64,000 nucleotides of DNA from Centroscyllium fabricii (Eukaryota): assembly GCA_051313645.2 (NCBI GenBank), contig JBNRSN020000031.1, positions 2,480,001-2,544,000 on the forward strand, given 5' to 3'. A program made the translations under genes and the position numbers. The notes under the pieces are model-generated. The model was not told where the DNA came from. It saw only the letters and a program-made list of their open reading frames with translations, and searched no databases. Shown piece after piece: positions 42,392 through 54,800 of the stretch (its first letter is position 1; each line of letters starts with the position of its first letter).

Positions 42392-42886
42392 TCAGTATCC
42401 CGTCCCTGCCTTCTCTCCGTAACCTTTAACCCCTTTTGCCTGCAGAAATATATCTAATTCCCTCTTAAATATGTTTAATGAGCTGGCGTCCACTGCCCTC
42501 TGTGGCAGTGAGTTCCACAGGTTCACCACTCTCTGGGTGAAGAAATTCCTCCTCATCTCTGTCCTAAATGGTTTAGCCCTTATCCTTAAACTGTGTCCCC
42601 TAGTTCTATACTCTCCTGCCATCGGAAACATTCCTTCTGCATCTAGTCTGTCCAGGCCTGTCAGAATTTTATATGTTTCTATGAGATCCCCTCTCAATCT
42701 TCTAAACTCCAGTGTGTACATCCCCAAACTACATAGTCTCTCCTCATAGGTCATTCCTGCCATTCCTGGTATCAGCCTGGTGAATCGCCGCTGCACTCCT
42801 TCCATGGCAAGAACATCCTTCCTCAGATGAGGCGACCAAAACTGCACACAGTACTCGAGGTGTGGTCTCACCAGTGCCCTGTACAG
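42392..42886 (-). pseudogene. CR1 ORF2 C-terminal fragment, family B
   Basis: Uninterrupted frame from the truncation point to TGA at 42392-42394 (track ORF 42392..42871), containing the VRPHLEY..QFWSP motif. Confidence 0.92.
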
Positions 42887-45800
42887 CTGCGGGCCAATGA
42901 TAACTCAGCATGTGGTTAAGTGAATACAATTGTAGTCCTTACAGATGCCAGTGGGCCAATGATAACTCAGCATGTGATTACGTGCATATTATAGGTAGTC
43001 CTTACAGATACCTGTGGGTCAATGATAACTCAGCAGGTGATTACGTGCATATTATAGGTAGTCCTTACAGATGCCTGTGGTCCAATGAAAACTCAGCATG
43101 TGATTACGTGAATATAATAGGTAGTCCTTACAGATGCCTGTGGGCCAATGATAACTCAGCATGTGATTACGTAAATAAAATAGGTAGTTCTTACAGATGC
43201 CTGTGGGCCAATGATAACTCAGCATGTGAATACGTGAATATAATAGGTAGTCCTTTCAGATGCCTGTGGGCCAATGAAAACTCAGCATGTGATTATGTGA
43301 ATACAATAGTAGTCCTTACAGATGCCTGCGGGCCAATGATAACTCAGCATGTGGTTACGTGAATATAATAGATAGTCCTTACAGATGCCTGTGGGCAATG
43401 ATAATTCAGCATGTGATTACGTGAATATAATAGGTAGTCCTTACAGATGCCTGAGGGCCAATGATAACTCAGCATGTGATTACGTGAATATAATAGGTAG
43501 TCCTTACAGATGCCTGTGGGCCAATGATAACTCAACATGTGATTACGTGAATATAATAGGTAGTCCTTACAGATGCCTGTGGGCCAATGATAACTCAGCA
43601 TGTGATTACGTGAATATAATAGGTAGGCCATAGAGATGCCTGCGGGCCAATGATAACTCAGCATGTGATTACGTGAATACAATTGTAGTCCTTACAGATG
43701 CCTGTGGGCCAATGATAACTCAGCATTTGATTACGTGAATACAATAGTAGTCCTTACAGATGCCTGTGGGCCAATGATAACTCAGCAAGTGATTACGTGA
43801 ATATAATAGTAGTCCTTACAGATGCCTGTGGGCCAATGATAACTCAGCATGTGATTACATGAATATAATAGGTAGTCCTTACAGATGCCTGCGGGCCAAT
43901 GATAACTCAGCATGTGGTTAAGTGAATACAATAGTAGTCCTTAAAGATGCCAGTGGGCCAATGATAACTCAGCATGTGATTACTTCAATATGATAGGTAG
44001 TTCTTACAGATGCCTGTGGGCCAATGATAACTCAGCATGTGAATACGTAAATATAATAGGTAGTCCTTTCAGATGCCTGTGGGCCAATGATAACTCAGCA
44101 TGTGATTATTTGAATACAATAATAGTCCTTACAGATGCCTGTGGGCAATGATAATTCAGCATGTGATTACGTGAATATAATAGGTAGTCCTTACAGATGC
44201 CTGTGGGCCAATGATAACTCAGCATGTGATTACGTGAATATAATAGGTAGTCCTTACAGATGCCTGTGGGCCAATGATAACTCAGCATGGGATTACGTGA
44301 ATATAATAGGTAGTCCATACAGATGCCTGCATGCCAATGATAACTCAGCATGTGATTATGTGAATATAATAGGCAGTCCTTACAAATGCCTGTGGGCCAA
44401 TGATAACTCAGCATGTGATTATGTGAATATAATAGGTAGTCATTCCAGATGCCTGTGGGTCAATGATAACTCAGCATGTGATTACGTAAATATAATAGGT
44501 AGTCCTTACAGATGCCTGTGGGCCAATGATAACTCAGCATGTGATTACGTAAATACAATAGTAGTCCTTACAGATGCCTTTGGTCCAATGATAATTCAGC
44601 ATGTGATTACGTGAATATAATAGGTAGTCCTTCCAGATGCCTGTGGGCCAATGATAACTAAGCATGTGATTACGTGAATATAATAGGTAGTCCTTACAGA
44701 TGCCTTTGGTCCAATGATAATTCAGCATGTGATTAAGTGAATATAATAGGTAGTCCATACAGATGCTTGTGGGCCAATGATAACGCAGCATGTGATTACG
44801 TGAATATAATAGGTAGTCCTTCCAGATGCCTGTGGGCCAATGATAGCTCAGCATGTGATTACGTGAATATAATAGGTAATCCTTACAGATGCCTGTGGGC
44901 CAATGATAACGCAGCATGTGATTACGTGAATATAATAGGTAGTCCTTACAGATGCCTGTGGGCCAATGATAACTCAGCATGTGATTATGTGAATACAATA
45001 GTAGTCCTTACAGATGCCTGAGGGCCAATGATAACTCAGCATGTGATTACGTGAATATAATAGGTAGTCCTTACAGATGCCTGTGGGCCAATGATAACTC
45101 AGCATGTGATTATGTGAATACAATAGTAGTCCTTACAGATGCCTGTGGGTCAATGATAACTCAGCATGTGATTACTTAAATATAATAGGTAGTTCTTACA
45201 GATGCCTGTGGGACAATGATAACTCAGCATGTGAATACGTGAATATAATAGGTAGTCCTATCAGATGCCTGTGGGCCAATGATAACTCTGCATGTGATTA
45301 CGTGAATATAATAGGTAGTCCTTACAGATGCCTGTGGGCCAATGATAACTAGCATGTGATTACGTGAATATAATAGGTAGTCCTTACAGATGCCTGTGGA
45401 CCAATGATAACTCAGCATGTGATTACGTGAATATAATAGGTAATCCATACAGATGCCTGCGGGCCAATGATAACTCAGCATGTGATTACGTGAATACAAT
45501 AGTAGTCCTTACAGATGCCTGTGGGCCAATGATAACTCAGCATTTGATTATGTGAATACAATAGTAGTCCTTACAGATGCCTGTGGGCCAATGATAACTC
45601 AGCAAGTGATTACGTGAATATAATAGTAGTCCTTACAGATGTCTGTGAGCCAATGATAACTCAGCATGTGATTACATGAATATAATAGGTAATCCTTACA
45701 GATGCCTGCGGGCCAATGATAACTCAGCATGTGATTACGTGAATACAATAGTAGTCCTTACAGATGCCTGTGGGCCAATGATAACTCAGCATTTGATTAC

Positions 45801-48800
45801 GTGAATACAATAGTAGTCCTTACAAATGCCTGTGGGCCAATGATAACACAGCATGTGATCACATGAATATAATTGGTAATCCTTACAGATGCCTGCGGGC
45901 CAATGATAATTCAGCATGTGATTACGTGAATATAATAGGAAGTCCTTACAGATGCCTGTGGGCCAATGAAAACTCAGCATGTGATTACGTGAATATAATA
46001 GGTAGTCCTTACAGATGCCTGTGGGCCAATGATAACTCAGCATGTGATTACGTGAATATAATAGTAGTCCTTACAGATGCCTGCAGGCCAATGATAACTC
46101 AGCATTTGATTACGTGAATACATTAGTAGTCCTTACAGATGCCTGTGGGCCAATGATAACTCAGCATGTGATTGCGTGAATATAATAGGTAGTCCTTACA
46201 GATGCCTGCGGGCCAATGATAACTCAGCATGTGGTTAAGTGAATACAATTGTAGTCCTTACAGATGCCTGCGGGCCAATGATAACTCAGCATGTGGTTAA
46301 GTGAATACAATAGTAGTCCTTAAAGATGCCAGTGGGCCAATGATAACTCAGCATGTGATTACTTCAATATGATAGGTAGTTCTTACAGATGCCTGTGGGC
46401 CAATGATAACTCAGCATGTGAATACGTAAATATAATAGGTAGTCCTTTCAGATGCCTGTGGGCCAATGATAACTCAGCATGTGATTATTTGAATACAATA
46501 ATAGTCCTTACAGATGCCTGTGGGCAATGATAATTCAGCATGTGATTACGTGAATATAATAGGTAGTCCTTACAGATGCCTGTGGGCCAATGATAACTCA
46601 GCATGTGATTACGTGAATATAATAGGTAGTCCTTACAGATGCCTGTGGGCCAATGATAACTCAGCATGGGATTACGTGAATATAATAGGTAGTCCATACA
46701 GATGCCTGCATGCCAATGATAACTCAGCATGTGATTATGTGAATATAATAGGCAGTCCTTACAAATGCCTGTGGGCCAATGATAACTCAGCATGTGATTA
46801 TGTGAATATAATAGGTAGTCATTCCAGATGCCTGTTGGTCAATGATAACTCAGCATGTGATTACGTAAATATAATAGTTAGTCCTTACAGATGCCTGTGG
46901 GCCAATGATAACTCAGCATGTGATTACGTAAATACAATAGTAGTCCTTACAGATGCCTGTGGGCCAATGATAACGCAGCATGTGATTATGTGAATATAAT
47001 AGGTAGTCCTTACAGATGCCTGTGGGCCAATGATAACTCAGCATGTGATTATGTGAATACAATAGTAGTCCTTACAGATGCCTGAGGGCCAATGATAACT
47101 CAGCATGTGATTACGTGAATATAATAGGTAGTCCTTACAGATGCCTGTGGGCCAATGATAACTCAGCATGTGATTATGTGAATACAATAGTAGTCCTTAC
47201 AGATGCCTGTGGGCCAATGATAACTCAGCATGTGATTACTTAAATATAATAGGTAGTTCTTACAGATGCCTGTGGGCCAATGATAACTCAGCATGTGAAT
47301 ACGTGAATATAATAGGTAGTCCTTTCAGATGCCTGTGGGCCAATGATAACTCTGCATGTGATTACGTGAATATAATAGGTAGTCCTTACAGATGCCTGTG
47401 GGCCAATGATAACTAGCATGTGATTACGTGAATATAATAGGTAGTCCTTACAGATGCCTGTGGACCAATGATAACTCAGCATGTGATTACGTGAATATAA
47501 CAGGTAGTCCATACAGATGCCTGCGGGCCAATGATAACTCAGCATGTGATTACGTGAATATAATGGTAGTCCTTACAGATGCCTGTGGGCCAATGATAAC
47601 TCAGCATTTGATTATGTGAATACAATAGTAGTCCTTACAGATGCCTGTGGGCCAATGATAACTCAGCAAGTGATTACGTGAATATAATAGTAGTCCTTAC
47701 AGATGTCTGTGAGCCAATGATAACTCAGCATGTGATTACATGAATATAATAGGTAATCCTTACAGATGCCTGCGGGCCAATGATAACTCAGCATGTGATT
47801 ACGTGAATACAATAGTAGTCCTTACAGATGCCTGTGGGCCAATGATAACTCAGCATTTGATTACGTGAATACAATAGTAGTCCTTACAAATGCCTGTGGG
47901 CCAATGATAACACAGCATGTGATCACATGAATATAATTGGTAATCCTTACAGATGCCTGCGGGCCAATGATAATTCAGCATGTGATTACGTGAATATAAT
48001 AGGTAGCCCTTACAGATGCCTGTGGGCCAATGAAAACTCAGCATGTGATTACGTGAATATAATAGGTAGTCCTTACAGATGCCTGTGGGCCAATGATAAC
48101 TCAGCATGTGTTTACGTGAATATAATAGTAGTCCTTACAGATGCCTGCAGGCCAATGATAACTCAGCATTTGATTACGTGAATACATTAGTAGTCCTTAC
48201 AGATGCCTGTGGGCCAATGATAACTCAGCATGTGATTGCGTGAATATAATAGGTAGTCCTTACAGATGCCTGCGGGCCAATGATAACTCAGCATGTGGTT
48301 AAGTGAATACAATTGTAGTCCTTACAGATGCCAGTGGGCCAATGATAACTCAGCATGTGATTACGTGCATATTATAGGTAGTCCTTACAGATACCTGTGG
48401 GTCAATGATAACTCAGCAGGTGATTACGTGCATATTATAGGTAGTCCTTACAGATGCCTGTGGTCCAATGAAAACTCAGCATGTGATTACGTGAATATAA
48501 TAGGTAGTCCTTACAGATGCCTGTGGGCCAATGATAACTCAGCATGTGATTACGTAAATAAAATAGGTAGTTCTTACAGATGCCTGTGGGCCAATGATAA
48601 CTCAGCATGTGAATACGTGAATATAATAGGTAGTCCTTTCAGATGCCTGTGGGCCAATGAAAACTCAGCATGTGATTATGTGAATACAATAGTAGTCCTT
48701 ACAGATGCCTGCGGGCCAATGATAACTCAGCATGTGGTTACGTGAATATAATAGATAGTCCTTACAGATGCCTGTGTGCAATGATAATTCAGCATGTGAT

Positions 48801-51800
48801 TACGTGAATATAATAGGTAGTCCTTACAGATGCCTGAGGGCCAATGATAACTCAGCATGTGATTACGTGAATATAATAGGTAGTCCTTACAGATGCCTGT
48901 GGGCCAATGATAACTCAACATGTGATTACGTGAATATAATAGGTAGTCCTTACAGATGCCTGTGGGCCAATGATAACTCAGCATGTGATTACGTGAATAT
49001 AATAGGTAGGCCATAGAGATGCCTGCGGGCCAATGATAACTCAGCATGTGATTACGTGAATACAATTGTAGTCCTTACAGATGCCTGTGGGCGAATGATA
49101 ACTCAGCATTTGATTACGTGAATACAATAGTAGTCCTTACAGATGCCTGTGGGCCAATGATAACTCAGCAAGTGATTACGTGAATATAATAGTAGTCCTT
49201 ACAGATGCCTGTGGGCCAATGATAACTCAGCATGTGATTACATGAATATAATAGGTAGTCCTTACAGATGCCTGCGGGCCAATGATAACTCAGCATGTGG
49301 TTAAGTGAATACAATAGTAGTCCTTAAAGATGCCAGTGGGCCAATGATAACTCAGCATGTGATTACTTCAATATGATAGGTAGTTCTTACAGATGCCTGT
49401 GGGCCAATGATAACTCAGCATGTGAATACGTAAATATAATAGGTAGTCCTTTCAGATGCCTGTGGGCCAATGATAACTCAGCATGTGATTATTTGAATAC
49501 AATAATAGTCCTTACAGATGCCTGTGGGCAATGATAATTCAGCATGTGATTACGTGAATATAATAGGTAGTCCTTACAGATGCCTGTGGGCCAATGATAA
49601 CTCAGCATGTGATTACGTGAATATAATAGGTAGTCCTTACAGATGCCTGTGGGCCAATGATAACTCAGCATGGGATTACGTGAATATAATAGGTAGTCCA
49701 TACAGATGCCTGCATGCCAATGATAACTCAGCATGTGATTATGTGAATATAATAGGCAGTCCTTACAAATGCCTGTGGGCCAATGATAACTCAGCATGTG
49801 ATTATGTGAATATAATAGGTAGTCATTCCAGATGCCTGTGGGTCAATGATAACTCAGCATGTGATTACGTAAATATAATAGGTAGTCCTTACAGATGCCT
49901 GTGGGCCAATGATAACTCAGCATGTGATTACGTAAATACAATAGTAGTCCTTACAGATGCCTTTGGTCCAATGATAATTCAGCATGTGATTACGTGAATA
50001 TAATAGGTAGTCCTTCCAGATGCCTGTGGGCCAATGATAACTAAGCATGTGATTACGTGAATATAATAGGTAGTCCTTACAGATGCCTTTGGTCCAATGA
50101 TAATTCAGCATGTGATTAAGTGAATATAATAGGTAGTCCATACAGATGCTTGTGGGCCAATGATAACGCAGCATGTGATTACGTGAATATAATAGGTAGT
50201 CCTTCCAGATGCCTGTGGGCCAATGATAGCTCAGCATGTGATTACGTGAATATAATAGGTAATCCTTACAGATGCCTGTGGGCCAATGATAACGCAGCAT
50301 GTGATTACGTGAATATAATAGGTAGTCCTTACAGATGCCTGTGGGCCAATGATAACTCAGCATGTGATTATGTGAATACAATAGTAGTCCTTACAGATGC
50401 CTGAGGGCCAATGATAACTCAGCATGTGATTACGTGAATATAATAGGTAGTCCTTACAGATGCCTGTGCGCCAATGATAACTCAGCATGTGATTATGTGA
50501 ATACAATAGTAGTCCATACAGATACCTGTGGGCCAATGATAACTCAGCATGTGATTACTTAAATATAATAGGTAGTTCTTACAGATGCCTGTGGGCCAAT
50601 GATAACTCAGCATGTGAATACGTGAATATAATAGGTAGTCCTTTCAGATGCCTGTGGGCCAATGATAACTCTGCATGTGATTACGTGAATATAATAGGTA
50701 GTCCTTACAGATGCCTGTGGGCCAATGATAACTAGCATGTGATTACGTGAATATAATAGGTAGTCCTTACAGATGCCTGTGGACCAATGATAACTAAGCA
50801 TGTGATTACGTGAATATAATAGGTAATCCATACAGATGCCTGCGGGCCAATGATAACTCAGCATGTGATTACGTGAATACAATAGTAGTCCTTACAGATG
50901 CCTGTGGGCCAATGATAACTCAGCATTTGATTATGTGAATACAATAGTAGTCCTTACAGATGCCTGTGGGCCAATGATAACTCAGCAAGTGATTACGTGA
51001 ATATAATAGTAGTCCTTACAGATGTCTGTGAGCCAATGATAACTCAGCATGTGATTACATGAATATAATAGGTAATCCTTACAGATGCCTGCGGGCCAAT
51101 GATAACTCAGCATGTGATTACGTGAATACAATAGTAGTCCTTACAGATGCCTGTGGGCCAATGATAACTCAGCATTTGATTACGTGAATACAATAGTAGT
51201 CCTTACAAATGCCTGTGGGCCAATGATAACACAGCATGTGATCACATGAATATAATTGGTAATCCTTACAGATGCCTGCGGGCCAATGATAATTCAGCAT
51301 GTGATTACGTGAATATAATAGGAAGTCTTTACAGATGCCTGTGGGCCAATGAAAACTTAGCATGTGATTACGTGAATATAATAGGTAGTCCTTACAGATG
51401 CCTGTGGGCCAATGATAACTCAGCATGTGATTACGTGAATATAATAGTAGTCCTTACAGATGCCTGCAGGCCAATGATAACTCAGCATTTGATTACGTGA
51501 ATACATTAGTAGTCCTTACAGATGCCTGTGGGCCAATGATAACTCAGCATGTGATTGCGTGAATATAATAGGTAGTCCTTACAGATGCCTGCGGGCCAAT
51601 GATAACTCAGCATGTGGTTAAGTGAATACAATTGTAGTCCTTACAGATGCCTGCGGGCCAATGATAACTCAGCATGTGGTTAAGTGAATACAATAGTAGT
51701 CCTTAAAGATGCCAGTGGGCCAATGATAACTCAGCATGTGATTACTTCAATATGATAGGTAGTTCTTACAGATGCCTGTGGGCCAATGATAACTCAGCAT

Positions 51801-54800
51801 GTGAATACGTAAATATAATAGGTAGTCCTTTCAGATGCCTGTGGGCCAATGATAACTCAGCATGTGATTATTTGAATACAATAATAGTCCTTACAGATGC
51901 CTGTGGGCAATGATAATTCAGCATGTGATTACGTGAATATAATAGGTAGTCCTTACAGATGCCTGTGGGCCAATGATAACTCAGCATGTGATTACGTGAA
52001 TATAATAGGTAGTCCTTACAGATGCCTGTGGGCCAATGATAACTCAGCATGGGATTACGTGAATATAATAGGTAGTCCATACAGATGCCTGCATGCCAAT
52101 GATAACTCAGCATGTGATTATGTGAATATAATAGGCAGTCCTTACAAATGCCTGTGGGCCAATGATAACTCAGCATGTGATTATGTGAATATAATAGGTA
52201 GTCATTCCAGATGCCTGTGGGTCAATGATAACTCAGCATGTGATTACGTAAATATAATAGGTAGTCCTTACAGATGCCTGTGGGCCAATGATAACTCAGC
52301 ATGTGATTACGTAAATACAATAGTAGTCCTTACAGTTGCCTTTGGTCCAATGATAATTCAGCATGTGATTACGTGAATATAATAGGTAGTCCTTCCAGAT
52401 GCCTGTGGGCCAATGATAACTAAGCATGTGATTACGTGAATATAATAGGTAGTCCTTACAGATGCCTTTGGTCCAATGATAATTCAGCATGTGATTAAGT
52501 GAATATAATAGGTAGTCCTTACAGATGCTTGTGGGCCAATGATAACGCAGCATGTGATTACGTGAATATAATAGGTAGTCCTTCCAGATGCCTGTGGGCC
52601 AATGATAGCTCAGCATGTGATTACGTGAATATAATAGGTAATCCTTACAGATGCCTGTGGGCCAATGATAACGCAGCATGTGATTACGTGAATATAATAG
52701 GTAGTCCTTACAGATGCCTGTGGGCCAATGATAACTCAGCATGTGATTATGTGAATACAATAGTAGTCCTTACAGATGCCTGAGAGCCAATGATAACTCA
52801 GCATGTGATTACGTGAATATAATAGGTAGTCCTTGCAGATGCCTGTGGGCCAATGATAACTCAGCATGTGATTATGTGAATACAATAGTAGTCCTTACAG
52901 ATGCCTGTGGGCCAATGATAACTCAGCATGTGATTACTTAAATATAATAGGTAGTTCTTACAGATGCCTGTGGGCCAATGATAACTCAGCATGTGAATAC
53001 GTGAATATAATAGGTAGTCCTTTCAGATGCCTGTGGGCCAATGATAACTCTGCATGTGATTACGTGAATATAATAGGTAGTCCTTACAGATGCCTGTGGG
53101 CCAATGATAACTAGCATGTGATTACGTGAATATAATAGGTAGTCCTTACAGATGCCTGTGGACCAATGATAACTCAGCATGTGATTACGTGAATATAATA
53201 GGTAGTCCATACAGATGCCTGCGGGCCAATGATAACTCAGCATGTGATTACGTGAATACAATAGTAGTCCTTACAGATGCCTGTGGGCCAATGATAACTC
53301 AGCATTTGATTATGTGAATACAATAGTAGTCCTTACAGATGCCTGTGGGCCAATGATAACTCAGCAAGTGATTACGTGAATATAATAGTAGTCCTTACAG
53401 ATGTCTGTGAGCCAATGATAACTCAGCATGTGATTACATGAATATAATAGGTAATCCTTACAGATGCCTGCGGGCCAATGATAACTCAGCATGTGATTAC
53501 GTGAATACAATAGTAGTCCTTACAGATGCCTGTGGGCCAATGATAACTCAGCATTTGATTACGTGAATACAATAGTAGTCCTTACAAATGCCTGTGGGCC
53601 AATGATAACACAGCATGTGATCACATGAATATAATTGGTAATCCTTACAGATGCCTGCGGGCCAATGATAATTCAGCATGTGATTACGTGAATATAATAG
53701 GTAGCCCTTACAGATGCCTGCGGGCCAATGATAACTCAGCATGTGGTTAAGTGAATACAATTGTAGTCCTTACAGATGCCAGTGGGCCAATGATAACTCA
53801 GCATGTGATTACGTGCATATTATAGGTAGTCCTTACAGATACCTGTGGGTCAATGATAACTCAGCAGGTGATTACGTGCATATTATAGGTAGTCCTTACA
53901 GATGCCTGTGGTCCAATGAAAACTCAGCATGTGATTACGTGAATATAATAGGTAGTCCTTACAGATGCCTGTGGGCCAATGATAACTCAGCATGTGATTA
54001 CGTAAATAAAATAGGTAGTTCTTACAGATGCCTGTGGGCCAATGATAACTCAGCATGTGAATACGTGAATATAATAGGTAGTCCTTTCAGATGCCTGTGG
54101 GCCAATGAAAACTCAGCATGTGATTATGTGAATACAATAGTAGTCCTTACAGATGCCTGCGGGCCAATGATAACTCAGCATCTGGTTACGTGAATATAAT
54201 AGATAGTCCTTACAGATGCCTGTGGGCAATGATAATTCAGCATGTGATTACGTGAATATAATAGGTAGTCCTTACAGATGCCTGAGGGCCAATGATAACT
54301 CAGCATGTGATTACGTGAATATAATAGGTAGTCCTTACAGATGCCTGTGGGCCAATGATAACTCAACATGTGATTACGTGAATATAATAGGTAGTCCTTA
54401 CAGATGCCTGTGGGCCAATGATAACTCAGCATGTGATTACGTGAATATAATAGGTAGGCCATAGAGATGCCTGCGGGCCAATGATAACTCAGCATGTGAT
54501 TACGTGAATACAATTGTAGTCCTTACAGATGCCTGTGGGCCAATGATAACTCAGCATTTGATTACGTGAATACAATAGTAGTCCTTACAGATGCCTGTGG
54601 GCCAATGATAACTCAGCAAGTGATTACGTGAATATAATAGTAGTCCTTACAGATGCCTGCGGGCCAATGATAACTCAGCATGTGGTTAAGTGAATACAAT
54701 AGTAGTCCTTAAAGATGCCAGTGGGCCAATGATAACTCAGCATGTGATTACTTCAATATGATAGGTAGTTCTTACAGATGCCTGTGGGCCAATGATAACT

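Larger units (their letters stand above)
42292..42886 (-). mobile_element. 5'-truncated CR1-clade LINE, family B (595 bp), single copy, antisense to family A
   Basis: Minus-strand translation LYRALVRPHLEYCVQFWSPHLRKD..EGVQRRFTRLIPGM..YEERL..RRLRGDLIETYKIL..TRGHSL..FFTQRVVNLWNSLP is canonical CR1 ORF2. The 3' UTR reads GATCAGCCATGATC...GGAGCAGGCTCGAAGGGCCGAATGGCCTACTCCTGCTCC and the tail is (ATCTATGT)3. Confidence 0.96.

Noticed and set aside
42471-42749. 92-aa plus-strand ORF
   Set aside because: Antisense shadow of the CR1 ORF2 fragment, with no independent evidence.
42292-42886. Autonomous active LINE
   Set aside because: Only the ORF2 C-terminus and 3' UTR are present. ORF1, endonuclease and RT core are missing.
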